Source of the DNA: an uncultured Acetobacteraceae bacterium | GTDB lineage: Bacteria > Pseudomonadota > Alphaproteobacteria > Acetobacterales > Acetobacteraceae | Length of the DNA: 64,000 nt | Direction: 5' to 3' | Assembly (NCBI GenBank): GCA_964246015.1 | Contig: CAXTPG010000011.1 | Location: 357 to 64,356 of the forward strand | Shown: piece after piece, positions 8,374 to 17,177 of the stretch | Layout of the letters: the number at the start of each line of letters is the position of its first letter | Position numbering within the stretch: position 1 is the stretch's first letter | The notes under the pieces: model-generated | Told to the model about the DNA's origin: nothing | Databases searched by the model: none | Seen by the model: the letters and a program-made list of their open reading frames with translations, nothing else | Made by a program: the position numbers and the translations under genes

Positions 8374-9075
8374 TCACCGTGCGTCGTGGAAGATGACGCC
8401 CAGCGTGTGCCGCCGTCCCGTGTGCAGGCGGCTGACCCCGTGGCGCATCGCGACGCGGTAGGCGCCCCGGCTGCCCTGCACCGGGCGCTGGTTGACGGCG
8501 AAGATCACGCCCTCGCCCTGGCGCAGCGCGACCACCTCGGCGCGGGACTGCATCCGGGGGCGTTGTTCGGTCAGCACGAATTCGCCGCCGGTGAAGTCCT
8601 GGTTCGGACGGTCCAGCAGGATGGCGACCTGCAGGGGGAAGTGGAGGTCGCCGTAGAGGTCCTGGTGCAGGCAGTTGTAGTCGCCGGGGCCGTAGCGGAG
8701 CAGCAGCGGCGTGGGCCGCGGCTGCCCGGCGGCGTGGCACCGGGCAAGGTAGGCGTCGTGGTCCGCCGGGTAGTCGGCGGGGCGGCCGAGCGCCGCCATC
8801 CAGCGGTTCGCGACGGGCGCCAAATGAGCGTAGAGCGACGTGCGAAGGCTGCGGACCGGCAATGGCAGCGGATAGGCGAGGTATTTGTATTCCCCGGACC
8901 CGTACCCGTGCCGGGCCATCACGACGCGGGAGCGGAAGCCCTCGTCGTCGTCGTAGGAGGCAGCCAGCGCGGCGCATTCCGCCGGCGTCAGCAGCGGCCC
9001 CGTGACCGCGCAGCCGCGGGCGTCGAGGTCCGAGCCGATCCGCTCCCACTCCAGGGCGGCGACGCGGGCCTGCAT
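8374..9075 (-). CDS. 2OG-Fe(II) oxygenase, Ada-associated (non-AlkB type; predicted nucleic-acid dealkylase family)
   Basis: Internal ATG at 9075-9073 of ORF 8374..9303. Sequence begins MQARVAALEWERIGSDLDARGCAV. Has the HxD motif CLHQDLYGD and a distal His/Arg region (RHGVSRLHTGRRHTLGVIFHDA). The start shares 1 nt with the ada stop (TGATG). Confidence 0.75.
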   Translation of the reverse strand: MQARVAALEWERIGSDLDARGCAVTGPLLTPAECAALAASYDDDEGFRSRVVMARHGYGSGEYKYLAYPLPLPVRSLRTSLYAHLAPVANRWMAALGRPADYPADHDAYLARCHAAGQPRPTPLLLRYGPGDYNCLHQDLYGDLHFPLQVAILLDRPNQDFTGGEFVLTEQRPRMQSRAEVVALRQGEGVIFAVNQRPVQGSRGAYRVAMRHGVSRLHTGRRHTLGVIFHDAR

Positions 9076-10142
9076 CAGGCGCGCTCCCGCTCGAGCAGGG
9101 CGCGCTTGCGGGCGACGCCCCAGCGGTAGCCGGCCAGGGCGCCGGTGCTGGCGACGACGCGGTGGCACGGCACGGCCACGGCCAGCCTGTTCGCGGCGCA
9201 CGCCCCGGCGACGGCACGGACCGCGGCAGGCTGCCCCAGCCGGGCCGCGACCTCGGCATAGCTCAGCGTGTGGCCCGGCGGGATCGCCCGCAGCACCTCC
9301 CACACGCGGCGCTGGAAGGCGGTGCCGCGGATGTCGAGCGGCAGCGACAACGCCGTGTGGCCGGGGTCGTCGACCAGGGCGACCACCTGCCCGACCCAGC
9401 CGGCAAAGCCCGCGTCGGCCTCGGTCAGCGCGGCCTGGGGAAAGCGGTCATGGAGATCGTCCCGCAGCGCGGCCGGGTCGTCGCCCAGCAGGATGGCGCA
9501 GATGCCACGCTCGGTCGCGGCGACCAGGACGTGGCCCAGCGCGCAGCGGCCGGTGGCGTGCCGGATCGTCTCGCCCGCGCCGCCCTGGCGGTAGCGCGTC
9601 GCGGTCATGCCGAGCATCGCATCCGCCGCCTCGTAGAACCGTCCGGAGGAGTTGAAGCCTGCCTCGTAGATCGCTTCGGTGACCGGGACGCCCGCGGCAA
9701 GCCCGGCCTGGACGCGGGCCTGGCGGTGGGCGGCGGCGTAGGCCTTGGGGGTCACGCCCGCGATGCGGTGGAACATGCGGTGGAAGTGATGCGGGCTGAT
9801 GCCGGCCGCCTCCGCAAGGGTGGCGAGGGTGGGGGCCTCCTCCGCCGCTTCGATCGTGCGGCAGGCGGCGGCGACGAGGGCGGCCTCGCGCTCGGCGCGG
9901 GGGGGGAGGTCGGGGCGGCAGCGCTTGCAGGGGCGGAAGCCGGCTCGTTCGGCGTCGACGCGGGTGGCGTGGAAACCGATATTCTCCCGCAGCGCCGGGC
10001 GGGCGGCGCAGGAAGGGCGGCAATACACGCCGGTGGTGGCGACGGAATACAGGAAGGCGCCGTCGGCGGCCGGGTCGCGGCGGCGGACGGCGGCCAGGCG
10101 GCTTTCGTCATCCAGGAAGGCGATCGTCATTGAGTCCAACAT
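9075..10142 (-). CDS. ada: Bifunctional Ada: methylphosphotriester-DNA methyltransferase / AraC-type activator / O6-methylguanine-DNA methyltransferase
   Basis: Real part of ORF 9075..10889, starting at MLDSMTIAFLDDE (ATG 10142; an alternative ATG lies at 10130). Has the N-terminal Zn Cys cluster (CRPSC...CKRC), an AraC HTH (ISPHHFHRMFHRIAGVTPKAY), and the C-terminal MGMT active site PCHRVV. Confidence 0.9.
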   Translation of the reverse strand: MLDSMTIAFLDDESRLAAVRRRDPAADGAFLYSVATTGVYCRPSCAARPALRENIGFHATRVDAERAGFRPCKRCRPDLPPRAEREAALVAAACRTIEAAEEAPTLATLAEAAGISPHHFHRMFHRIAGVTPKAYAAAHRQARVQAGLAAGVPVTEAIYEAGFNSSGRFYEAADAMLGMTATRYRQGGAGETIRHATGRCALGHVLVAATERGICAILLGDDPAALRDDLHDRFPQAALTEADAGFAGWVGQVVALVDDPGHTALSLPLDIRGTAFQRRVWEVLRAIPPGHTLSYAEVAARLGQPAAVRAVAGACAANRLAVAVPCHRVVASTGALAGYRWGVARKRALLERERA

Positions 10143-10209
10143 GGTGGCTGCTCCGATGGGGTGCGTTGCCATGAAGCTGGGGGATGGCGCCCGTCGTCGC
10201 ACTCCGCGG

Positions 10210-10243
10210 CTTGCGCGGCAATTCCGAATAATTGCGGCGCAAG
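10210..10243. promoter_or_regulatory. Imperfect 14-bp inverted repeat carrying an Ada-box consensus (AAT-N6-GCAA) on each strand, in the ada/MFS divergent promoter
   Basis: cttgcgcggcaatt-ccgaat-aattgcggcgcaag, with 13 of 14 positions complementary. Plus strand reads AATtgcggcGCAA (10230-10242). Minus strand reads AATtgccgcGCAA (10223-10211). Confidence 0.45.
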
Positions 10244-10305
10244 GAGCGGAGCGCGGCGCTGGATGGCTGGGACGATGGTGCGGCGATGGATACAGGAGAC
10301 GCCCC

Positions 10306-11532
10306 ATGACGACCACATCGTTCCCGCCCGCCTTCGTCCGGCTGGCCTGGTCCAACCTGGCGGCGCAGTCGGCCGAACAGGTCGCGCTGGCGGCGGTGCC
10401 GCTGGTCGCCGTGCTGGCACTGGGGGCAGGGGTGGGGGAGACGGGGCTGATCGCCGCGGCGCAGACGCTGCCGTTCCTGCTGCTGTCGCTGCCGTTGGGG
10501 CTGCTCGCGGACCGCGTGCCGCGTGGGCTGCTGATGGCGGGGGCGGAGGCGGTGCGGGCGCTGGCGCTGGGGGCGATCCCGGTGCTGGCGGCGTTCGGGT
10601 GGGTGTCGGTGGGGGCGTTGGCCGTGCTGGGGTTCCTGGCCGCGACGGGGACGGCGGCGTACAGCGTGGCGGCGCCGTCGCTGGTGCCGGCGTTGGTGCC
10701 GCGGGCCGGGCTGGCGGCGGCGAACGGGCGGCTGGAGCTGGTTCGCAGCGTGGCATTCGCGGCCGGGCCGGCCGTGGCGGGGGCGCTGGTGGCCTGGGCG
10801 GGGGCGACGCCGGCCTTCGTGCTGGCGGCGGTGCTGTCGATGCTGGCGGCGGTGCTGCTGCGGGGGCTGGCCGAGCCTGTGCGGGCCATGCTGCCGCGGC
10901 GGCCGGTGATGGCGGAGCTGCGGGAGGGGGCGGGGTTCGCCTGGTCGCACCCGCTGCTGCGGCCGATCGTGCTGACGGCGGTGGCCTGGAACCTGTCCTG
11001 GTTCGTCCTGCAGGCGGCGTACGTGCCCTATGCGCTGGAGCGGCTGGGGCTGTCGGCATCGATGGTGGGCGTGACGCTCGGCGCGTATGGCGCGGGGATG
11101 GTGGCGGGGGCGGCGCTGGCGTCGCGGATCGCGCGGGTGATCCCGTTCGGGGCGATGGTGGCGGTGGGGCCGGTCGTCTCGGTCGCGGCGGCGGGGGCGA
11201 TGCTGGGGTCGCTGGCCGTGCCGGGGGCGGTGCTGCCGGCGCTGTCGTTCTTCCTGTTCGGGGCGGGACCCATCCTGTGGACGATCGCGCAGACGACGTT
11301 GCGGCAGGCGGTGACGCCGGAGCGGCTGTTGGGGCGGGTGTCCGCGGTGGTGATGATGGCGACGTTCGGGGCGCGTCCGCTGGGGGCGGCGCTGGGCGGG
11401 TTCGCCGGGCTGCGTTGGGGCGTGGGGAGCTGCGTGGCGCTGGCGTTCCTGGGCTTCTGCGTGCAGGCGGCGGTGGTGCTGGCGTCACCGGTGCCGCGAC
11501 TGGCCCGGTTGCCGGAGGCGGTGGCGGGCTAG
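10306..11532 (+). CDS. MFS transporter
   Basis: ATG at 10306 with aggag 8-12 nt upstream. Begins MTTTSFPPAFVRLAWSNLAAQ. About 12 hydrophobic segments, and an LADR motif after TM2. Confidence 0.85.
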   Translation: MTTTSFPPAFVRLAWSNLAAQSAEQVALAAVPLVAVLALGAGVGETGLIAAAQTLPFLLLSLPLGLLADRVPRGLLMAGAEAVRALALGAIPVLAAFGWVSVGALAVLGFLAATGTAAYSVAAPSLVPALVPRAGLAAANGRLELVRSVAFAAGPAVAGALVAWAGATPAFVLAAVLSMLAAVLLRGLAEPVRAMLPRRPVMAELREGAGFAWSHPLLRPIVLTAVAWNLSWFVLQAAYVPYALERLGLSASMVGVTLGAYGAGMVAGAALASRIARVIPFGAMVAVGPVVSVAAAGAMLGSLAVPGAVLPALSFFLFGAGPILWTIAQTTLRQAVTPERLLGRVSAVVMMATFGARPLGAALGGFAGLRWGVGSCVALAFLGFCVQAAVVLASPVPRLARLPEAVAG

Positions 11533-11924
11533 GGTTCGTGGACGGTGTGGCCGCGGGCACGGGCCGCGGCGGCAGCCTGGCGATCGAAGGTGACGAAGGT
11601 GTTGCCGCCGAGTTGCGCCCCTTGGTAGGCGATGACGCCGTCCGCGAAATCGGCGCCGGCTTTCAGGAAGGCGAGGCCCGCTTCGACGGCGGCGCGGTCG
11701 GAGATCGTCGTTTCGGCGGAAAGAAGGCGCTCGATCGACGCGGCCACATCCGCCGCGGAGCGCTTCAATGTGCGGGTCAGAACCCAGACGAACTCGCAAA
11801 GAACGGTGGTGGTGAGGACAATCGTGGTCGCCGATGCAAGGATATGCTCGGCCCGTTCCGTCTGATCGGGGTCGTCGCCAATTGAAGCCCGGAGGAGGAT
11901 ATTCGTATCCGGCGTGATGTTCAC
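11529..11924 (-). CDS. vapC: Type II toxin VapC (PIN-domain ribonuclease)
   Basis: 131 aa, beginning MNITPDTNILLRA. Contains CEFVWVL and a C-terminal TFD motif. Its start overlaps the stop of the upstream AbrB-type antitoxin by 4 nt. Confidence 0.85.
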   Translation of the reverse strand: MNITPDTNILLRASIGDDPDQTERAEHILASATTIVLTTTVLCEFVWVLTRTLKRSAADVAASIERLLSAETTISDRAAVEAGLAFLKAGADFADGVIAYQGAQLGGNTFVTFDRQAAAAARARGHTVHEP

Positions 11925-12178
11925 CGTTCGCCAGCCCAGCCCGCTTCGATTGCGTCCTTGATCTCATCCAGCGAAAGCGGAGGGCCGTCGTAGTGAATCG
12001 AGCCGAAGAATGCCTGGATCGACCCCCGTGGCGCCGCACGGACCTCGATCCGCCCGTTCGGGAGCAGATCGACCATCACCTTGTCTCCAGGACCTACCCC
12101 GATATGATCGAGCACCTGCCGGCGCAGGGTGACCTGGCCCTTGCTCGTGATCTTCAGTGCAGTGGATCGCTTCGGCAT
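11921..12178 (-). CDS. vapB: Type II antitoxin, AbrB/SpoVT (MazE-like) family
   Basis: 85-aa internal ORF (ATG 12178-12176) of ORF 11921..12592. MPKRSTALKITSKGQVTLRRQVLDHIGVGPGDKV is a typical looped-hinge-helix motif. Confidence 0.8.
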   Translation of the reverse strand: MPKRSTALKITSKGQVTLRRQVLDHIGVGPGDKVMVDLLPNGRIEVRAAPRGSIQAFFGSIHYDGPPLSLDEIKDAIEAGWAGER

Positions 12179-12219
12179 GCTCTGAAAGTAAGGCAACACG
12201 CCCTTACCTTCAAGCAAAC

Positions 12220-12828
12220 TCATTCCGTCAGGATCGGGATCAGCGACAGGACCAGCAGCCCCGCCATGACCAGGTTGAACGCGCGCATGCCCCGGTCCGT
12301 GCGGAGCAGGCGCGCGGCGCCGACGCCGGTCAGGGTCCAGAAGGCGGAGGAGGCGGCGCCGACCGCGACGAACAGCAGGGTCAGCAGGACGGCCTTTGCG
12401 GGCGCTGCCGGGGCGGCGGCGTAGGTGCCGACGGCGCCGAGGGCGATCACCCAGGCCTTCGGGTTCATCCACTGGAACAGCGAGGCCTGGAGGAAGGTGA
12501 GGGGCTTGCCCGCGGCGGGCATGCCGTCCGGCGTGGGCCGCGCCGTGGCGATGCGCCAGGCGAGCCAGAGCAGGTAGCCCACCCCGCCCCATTTCAGGGC
12601 GTGCTGCAGAAACGGGGCGGCGCGCAGCAGGTCCCCGAGGCCCAGGGTCACGCCCAGCAGCATGACCGGGAAGCCCAGCGCCACGCCGGCCATGTGGGGC
12701 ACGCTGCGGGGAAACCCGAAGCTGTTGCCCGAGGCGGCGAGCATGGCGTTGTTGGGACCGGGGCTTGCGGACATGACGGTCGCGAAGGCCGTGGCGGCCA
12801 GCAGCCAGGTCGGGAGGTCGGGGATCAT
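12220..12828 (-). CDS. LysE/RhtB family amino-acid exporter
   Basis: Start chosen at MIPDLPTWLL (ATG 12828-12826). Has the family signature SPGPNN and 6 TM segments. Confidence 0.85.
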   Translation of the reverse strand: MIPDLPTWLLAATAFATVMSASPGPNNAMLAASGNSFGFPRSVPHMAGVALGFPVMLLGVTLGLGDLLRAAPFLQHALKWGGVGYLLWLAWRIATARPTPDGMPAAGKPLTFLQASLFQWMNPKAWVIALGAVGTYAAAPAAPAKAVLLTLLFVAVGAASSAFWTLTGVGAARLLRTDRGMRAFNLVMAGLLVLSLIPILTE

Positions 12829-12838
12829 GGCGCCGACA

Positions 12839-14455
12839 TTACGGTACGGCGACGGCCATCCCGTCGCGTTGCGGGTCGGCACCCCCCTGCAAGCCCGCCT
12901 CGGTCACCTGGATCGCGTGCAGCGCCGCGAAGGGGTTGCTCATCGGGCTGCGCTTGATGTCGTAGCCCTCCGCCGCAAGCTGGTCGGTGACCCGGCGCAG
13001 CACCCGGTTCGACACGTCGATGCTGTCCGACACCGCGACGATGCGGGGGGCGGCGACGGCGTCCTGCATCGACATGCCGAAATCCAGCACGTTGCTGATG
13101 CCCTGGGCCACGGCCGGGGCGATGAAGCTGCCGCCCGGCGCGCCGATCACGATCCGCGGCTGGTCGCCCCGGAACACGATCGTGGGCGCGGCGGAGCTGG
13201 CGCGGCGCTTGCCGGGGGCGATGGAGGCGGGATGGCCCGGCCGCGGGTCGAAGCGGCTCATGCTGCCATTGTAGATGAAGCCCAGGCCGTCGGTGATGGC
13301 GCCGGATGGGCTGCCGAGCGTGTGCGTGAGCGCAACGGCGTTGCCCTGGCGATCGACGACGGAGATGTGCGTGGTCTCGCGGTCGGAGCGGTCGAGCCTC
13401 GTCACCCGCGCGCGCTCGCCGGCGCGGATGGCCGTGGCCAGCTCGGCCGCGTACTCGCGGGAGGTGAGGCGTTCGACGGGGACGTCGACATAGGCCGGGT
13501 CGCCCATGTGGCGGTCCTTGTCGATGGTCATGCGCTTCATCGCCTCGGTCAGCAGGCGGATGTGATCGACGCCGTTATGCGGCATGGCGCCCACGTCGAA
13601 GTGCTCCAGCGTGTGCAGAAGCTGCAGCATCAGCATGCCGCTGGCGGGCGGCGGGCTGGTGGCGATGCGGTGGCCGCGGTACTCGCCCCAGATGGGGGCT
13701 GCGACGGAGAGTGTGTAGGCGGCCAGGTCGTCGGCCGCGATCAGGCCGCCATGGGCCTGGAAGTCGGCGGCGATGCGCTGGGCGATCTCCCCGGTATAGA
13801 ACAGGTCGGGGCCGCCCTGCGCGAGCTGGTCCAGCGTGCGGGCCATGTCGGGGTTGTGCAGCATGTCGCCGGGGCGCTTGGGCGTGCCGTCGGGGCGGAA
13901 ATACAGGTCGCGGCCGGTGGCGCTGTATTTCAGCTTGTCGGGCGTGTTGACCTGGCCGGTGCCGTCCTGCTGCTGCGACCAGAACCAGGCCATGTGCGGG
14001 CGGACCATGACGCCGCGACGCGCGAGGGTGATCGCGGGGGCCATCGCGTCGGCCCAGTCGAAGGTGCCGTAGCGGGACAGCGCCTCGGCATAGCCCTTCA
14101 CGCTGCCCGGCGTGCAGACGGCCAGGTGGCCGAACTCGCTGGCGCCGCCCTGGAGCAGGAACGCGAAGCCGTCGCGGGACTGGCCGACCAGCTTGTCCGC
14201 CCACATGTCGGGGCGCGCGGCGAGGGGCGCGCGGGCGTAGAACTCCAGGATCTCGTGCACGCCGCGGCCCGGCATGTAGACGTGCATGGATCCGAAGCCG
14301 CCGATGCCGCACATCAGCGGATCGGCGACGCCCTGCACGAAGGCGGCGGCGATGGCGGCATCGACGGCGTTGCCCCCGGCCGCGAGCACGTCCGCACCGG
14401 CCTCCGCCGCCTCCGGCTGCGGCGCGACGACCATGCCCTGAGGCGCGCGGGTCAT
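12839..14455 (-). CDS. ggt: Gamma-glutamyltransferase family protein
   Basis: Real part of ORF 12839..15058, starting at MTRAPQGMVVAPQPEAAEAG (ATG 14455-14453). The autoprocessing Thr context is DRETTHISVVD, and GAPGGS lies near the C-terminus. ATGA overlap with the upstream hydrolase. Confidence 0.9.
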   Translation of the reverse strand: MTRAPQGMVVAPQPEAAEAGADVLAAGGNAVDAAIAAAFVQGVADPLMCGIGGFGSMHVYMPGRGVHEILEFYARAPLAARPDMWADKLVGQSRDGFAFLLQGGASEFGHLAVCTPGSVKGYAEALSRYGTFDWADAMAPAITLARRGVMVRPHMAWFWSQQQDGTGQVNTPDKLKYSATGRDLYFRPDGTPKRPGDMLHNPDMARTLDQLAQGGPDLFYTGEIAQRIAADFQAHGGLIAADDLAAYTLSVAAPIWGEYRGHRIATSPPPASGMLMLQLLHTLEHFDVGAMPHNGVDHIRLLTEAMKRMTIDKDRHMGDPAYVDVPVERLTSREYAAELATAIRAGERARVTRLDRSDRETTHISVVDRQGNAVALTHTLGSPSGAITDGLGFIYNGSMSRFDPRPGHPASIAPGKRRASSAAPTIVFRGDQPRIVIGAPGGSFIAPAVAQGISNVLDFGMSMQDAVAAPRIVAVSDSIDVSNRVLRRVTDQLAAEGYDIKRSPMSNPFAALHAIQVTEAGLQGGADPQRDGMAVAVP

Positions 14456-15279
14456 CGGCGCATCCCCGCCAGGACGCCCGCCAGGAAGTCCTGGGCGACC
14501 GGCACGGCCTTCATGCGGTCGTGCGAGACGCCTTCCAACAGGTCGATCCGGACGTCGACGCCGGCGGCGCGAAACGACGCGGCAAGCGCATGGAGGCGCT
14601 CCGGGCGCGTGCGGCCCGCGTCGTTGGCGCCCTCCATCCAGTAGCCGCCGCCGGGCGCGTGGGTGATCTCCCAGGTTTCCAGATCCGCGTCGCCGACCAG
14701 CATCTGCACCGGCAGGCGGGCAAGGGCGGCGGCGTCGAAAGCCAGGCCGAAGCGGGCGTGCAGGTCGCGGATACCGACCCACCAGTCGCGGGTGGGATCG
14801 AGCAGCGTGACGGAGCCGGGTGCGCCGATGCAGGCCGCCCAGAGGCGGGCGGGGTGCATGATGGCGAAGCGGTGGGTGAAGTGGCCGCCGCCGGAAAAGC
14901 CGAACATCGCGAACCGGGACCAGTCCTGCCGGTACTTGGCCGCGACCTCGTCGATCATGGCCAGCAGCACCTGATCGTAGCGGATATCGCCTTCTTCCAT
15001 ATACTTGTATCCGCTGCGGGCGCCGTCCCCCAGCACGCCGATGGGGAAGACGGGGCAAAGGACGGCCACGCGGTTCCAGCGGCCGAACTCGGCGAAGCCG
15101 TCGCGGAAGTCCAGGAACGAGGTGCGGCTGGTGCCGTGGATGGCGACCAGCAGCTCGACCTTGTCGCCGTCGGCCACCGCGGGCGGGACGTACATCGCGA
15201 AGTGGAAGCGCGGATCGGCCGCCGACGCATGGATCGCGGTGGCGCCCAGGTCGTAGATCGCGGTGCCGCGATCGGTCAC
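14452..15279 (-). CDS. Alpha/beta hydrolase (Ser nucleophile, GFSGG)
   Basis: GTG start at 15279-15277 overlaps the SBP stop (GTGA). Begins VTDRGTAIYDLG, with nucleophile elbow FGFSGGGHF. Confidence 0.7.
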   Translation of the reverse strand: MTDRGTAIYDLGATAIHASAADPRFHFAMYVPPAVADGDKVELLVAIHGTSRTSFLDFRDGFAEFGRWNRVAVLCPVFPIGVLGDGARSGYKYMEEGDIRYDQVLLAMIDEVAAKYRQDWSRFAMFGFSGGGHFTHRFAIMHPARLWAACIGAPGSVTLLDPTRDWWVGIRDLHARFGLAFDAAALARLPVQMLVGDADLETWEITHAPGGGYWMEGANDAGRTRPERLHALAASFRAAGVDVRIDLLEGVSHDRMKAVPVAQDFLAGVLAGMRR

Positions 15280-16844
15280 GCGCCGACCCCGGCCGCCAGC
15301 GTGTACTGGTCGGCCCGGGTCGTGTAGGTCAGCGGCTTGCGGGCCGCCCAGACCGAGACCTCGTGGTGCAGCGGGATCAGCGCGCAGTCGCGGAAGGCGA
15401 GGCCGCTCGCCTCGCTCAGCAGCGCGTTGCGCGCCGTGTCGTCCATGGTGCGGAGCGCCTGCTTCAGGCGGCGGTCGATCTCGGGGTTGGAGTAGCCGCC
15501 GTCGTTGGAGACGCCGAGGCCGGCCGGGCCGTCGACGGTGGCGACGAGGGCGGAGAGCGGGTTCGACGTCTCGCCGGTGTTCACGCCCCAGGCGACCAGG
15601 AACATGCTGAAGTCGCGGTTGTGGGCGCGGCCGGTATAGACGGCCCAGGGCATCGTCTCGACGCGGGTGTCGAGGCCGATGCGGGTGAACATCTGCGCGA
15701 CCGACTGCACGATCTTGCTGTCGTTGACATAGCGGTTGTTGGGGCCGTGCAGGGTGATGCGGAAGCCCTGGGGATACCCGGCCTCGGCCAGCAGGGCGCG
15801 GGCGCGGTCGGCGTCGAAGCGCGGCGGGTCGATGTCCGGCGCCGTGCCGGTGCCGCCCTTCGGCAGGAATTGCCCGGCCGGCACCGCGTTGCCCTCCATC
15901 ACCCGGTCCACCAGCGCCTGACGGTTCACGGCCATTGTCAGCGCCTGCCGGACGCGCAGATCCTTGAGCGGATTGCGGTCGAGCGGTTTGCCGTCCTTCG
16001 CGGTGACGAAGGGCGACTGGTCGCGGGCCTGGTCCATCGAGAAATACACGAAGCGGCTGGACAGGCCGCGCAGCAGGTGCAGCGCAGGGCTCGCGGCAAT
16101 GCGCCCGGCGCCCTCGGACGGCACCTCCTCGATCAGGTCGAGGTCGCCGGCCAGCAGGGAGGCGAGGCGGGAGCCGGGGTCGCTGACGACGCGAAGCGTG
16201 ACCTCGGACCAGGGCAGGCGGGGTCCCCACCAGGACTCGTTGCGGGCGAGGGTGACGTGGCTGCCCGGGATGTATTCGCGGAATTGGAACGGGCCGGTGC
16301 CGACCGCGGCGCGGCCGGCGTTGAACTCGCCGGGTGGCGCGTCCTTGTGCGCGGCGCGGATGATGCGGATGCGGCTGAGCGAGTTGGGCAGCAGCGGGTC
16401 GGGGCCGTAGGTCTCGATCAACAGGGTCCCGGGGTCGGGCGAGCTCATCGCCTTGATGCTGCGCGTATAGGTCCGGAACGAGGCGCTGCTGGGAATGTCG
16501 TGGGCGCGGCGGATGGAGGCGATCGCATCCTCGGGCGTGAAGGGCGCGCCGTCGGTGAAGCGAACGCCGGGGCGCAGGACGAGCGACCAGTGGGTGTCGT
16601 CCAGGATGCGCCAGGATGTGGCGAGGCCGGGCTGCGAGCCGGAGCGTTCGTCGTTGGTGACGAGGGCGTCGAAGATGTGGCTGGCGACGGCGTTGTTGGG
16701 GGCGTTGCTGAGCAGATGCGGGTCGAGCGTGGTGTTGGGGGCGGAGAGGCCGATGCGGAGGCGGCCGGGGGCGGATTGCGCGCGGGCGACAAGGGGAAGG
16801 CCGCCGCAGAGGGCGAGGAGGGTCCGGCGTGCGAGGGGCGTCAT
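15276..16844 (-). CDS. ABC transporter substrate-binding protein, family 5 (peptide/opine/nickel type)
   Basis: 522 aa. Signal peptide MTPLARRTLLALCGGLPLVARAQS. Contains the typical LDPH...N motif, GLATSW, and the RPGV.F.DG.PF.A.D block. Confidence 0.9.
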   Translation of the reverse strand: MTPLARRTLLALCGGLPLVARAQSAPGRLRIGLSAPNTTLDPHLLSNAPNNAVASHIFDALVTNDERSGSQPGLATSWRILDDTHWSLVLRPGVRFTDGAPFTPEDAIASIRRAHDIPSSASFRTYTRSIKAMSSPDPGTLLIETYGPDPLLPNSLSRIRIIRAAHKDAPPGEFNAGRAAVGTGPFQFREYIPGSHVTLARNESWWGPRLPWSEVTLRVVSDPGSRLASLLAGDLDLIEEVPSEGAGRIAASPALHLLRGLSSRFVYFSMDQARDQSPFVTAKDGKPLDRNPLKDLRVRQALTMAVNRQALVDRVMEGNAVPAGQFLPKGGTGTAPDIDPPRFDADRARALLAEAGYPQGFRITLHGPNNRYVNDSKIVQSVAQMFTRIGLDTRVETMPWAVYTGRAHNRDFSMFLVAWGVNTGETSNPLSALVATVDGPAGLGVSNDGGYSNPEIDRRLKQALRTMDDTARNALLSEASGLAFRDCALIPLHHEVSVWAARKPLTYTTRADQYTLAAGVGA

Positions 16845-16913
16845 GGGGGACTCCGGTCCAGAGGGGTCAGGCGCTGGTCGGCGGTTCGTCCGTGGGCCGG
16901 CCCGTGACCCTGT

Positions 16914-17177
16914 TCACGCCCGCGCGGCCACCTTCTGCGCCGGCATCTCGATGTCGATTTCCAGGGTGTTCACCTCCGCGCCGCGGTCGAGCTTGACCTG
17001 GACCTTGTCGCGGTCGATCTGCATGTGCTTGGCGATGACGGCGAGGATCTCCTCCTGCAGCACGGCGACGAGCTGGCTGTGGGTGCCGGCGACGCGTTCG
17101 TGGGCCAGGAGGATCTGCAGGCGCTCGCGCGCCACCGGGGCGGTGTTGCGGCGCTGGAAGAAGCGGAAGATGCTCAT
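16914..17177 (-). CDS. minE: Cell division topological specificity factor MinE
   Basis: 87 aa, beginning [32 protein letters not shown] overlap with minD. Confidence 0.95.
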   Translation of the reverse strand: MSIFRFFQRRNTAPVARERLQILLAHERVAGTHSQLVAVLQEEILAVIAKHMQIDRDKVQVKLDRGAEVNTLEIDIEMPAQKVAARA

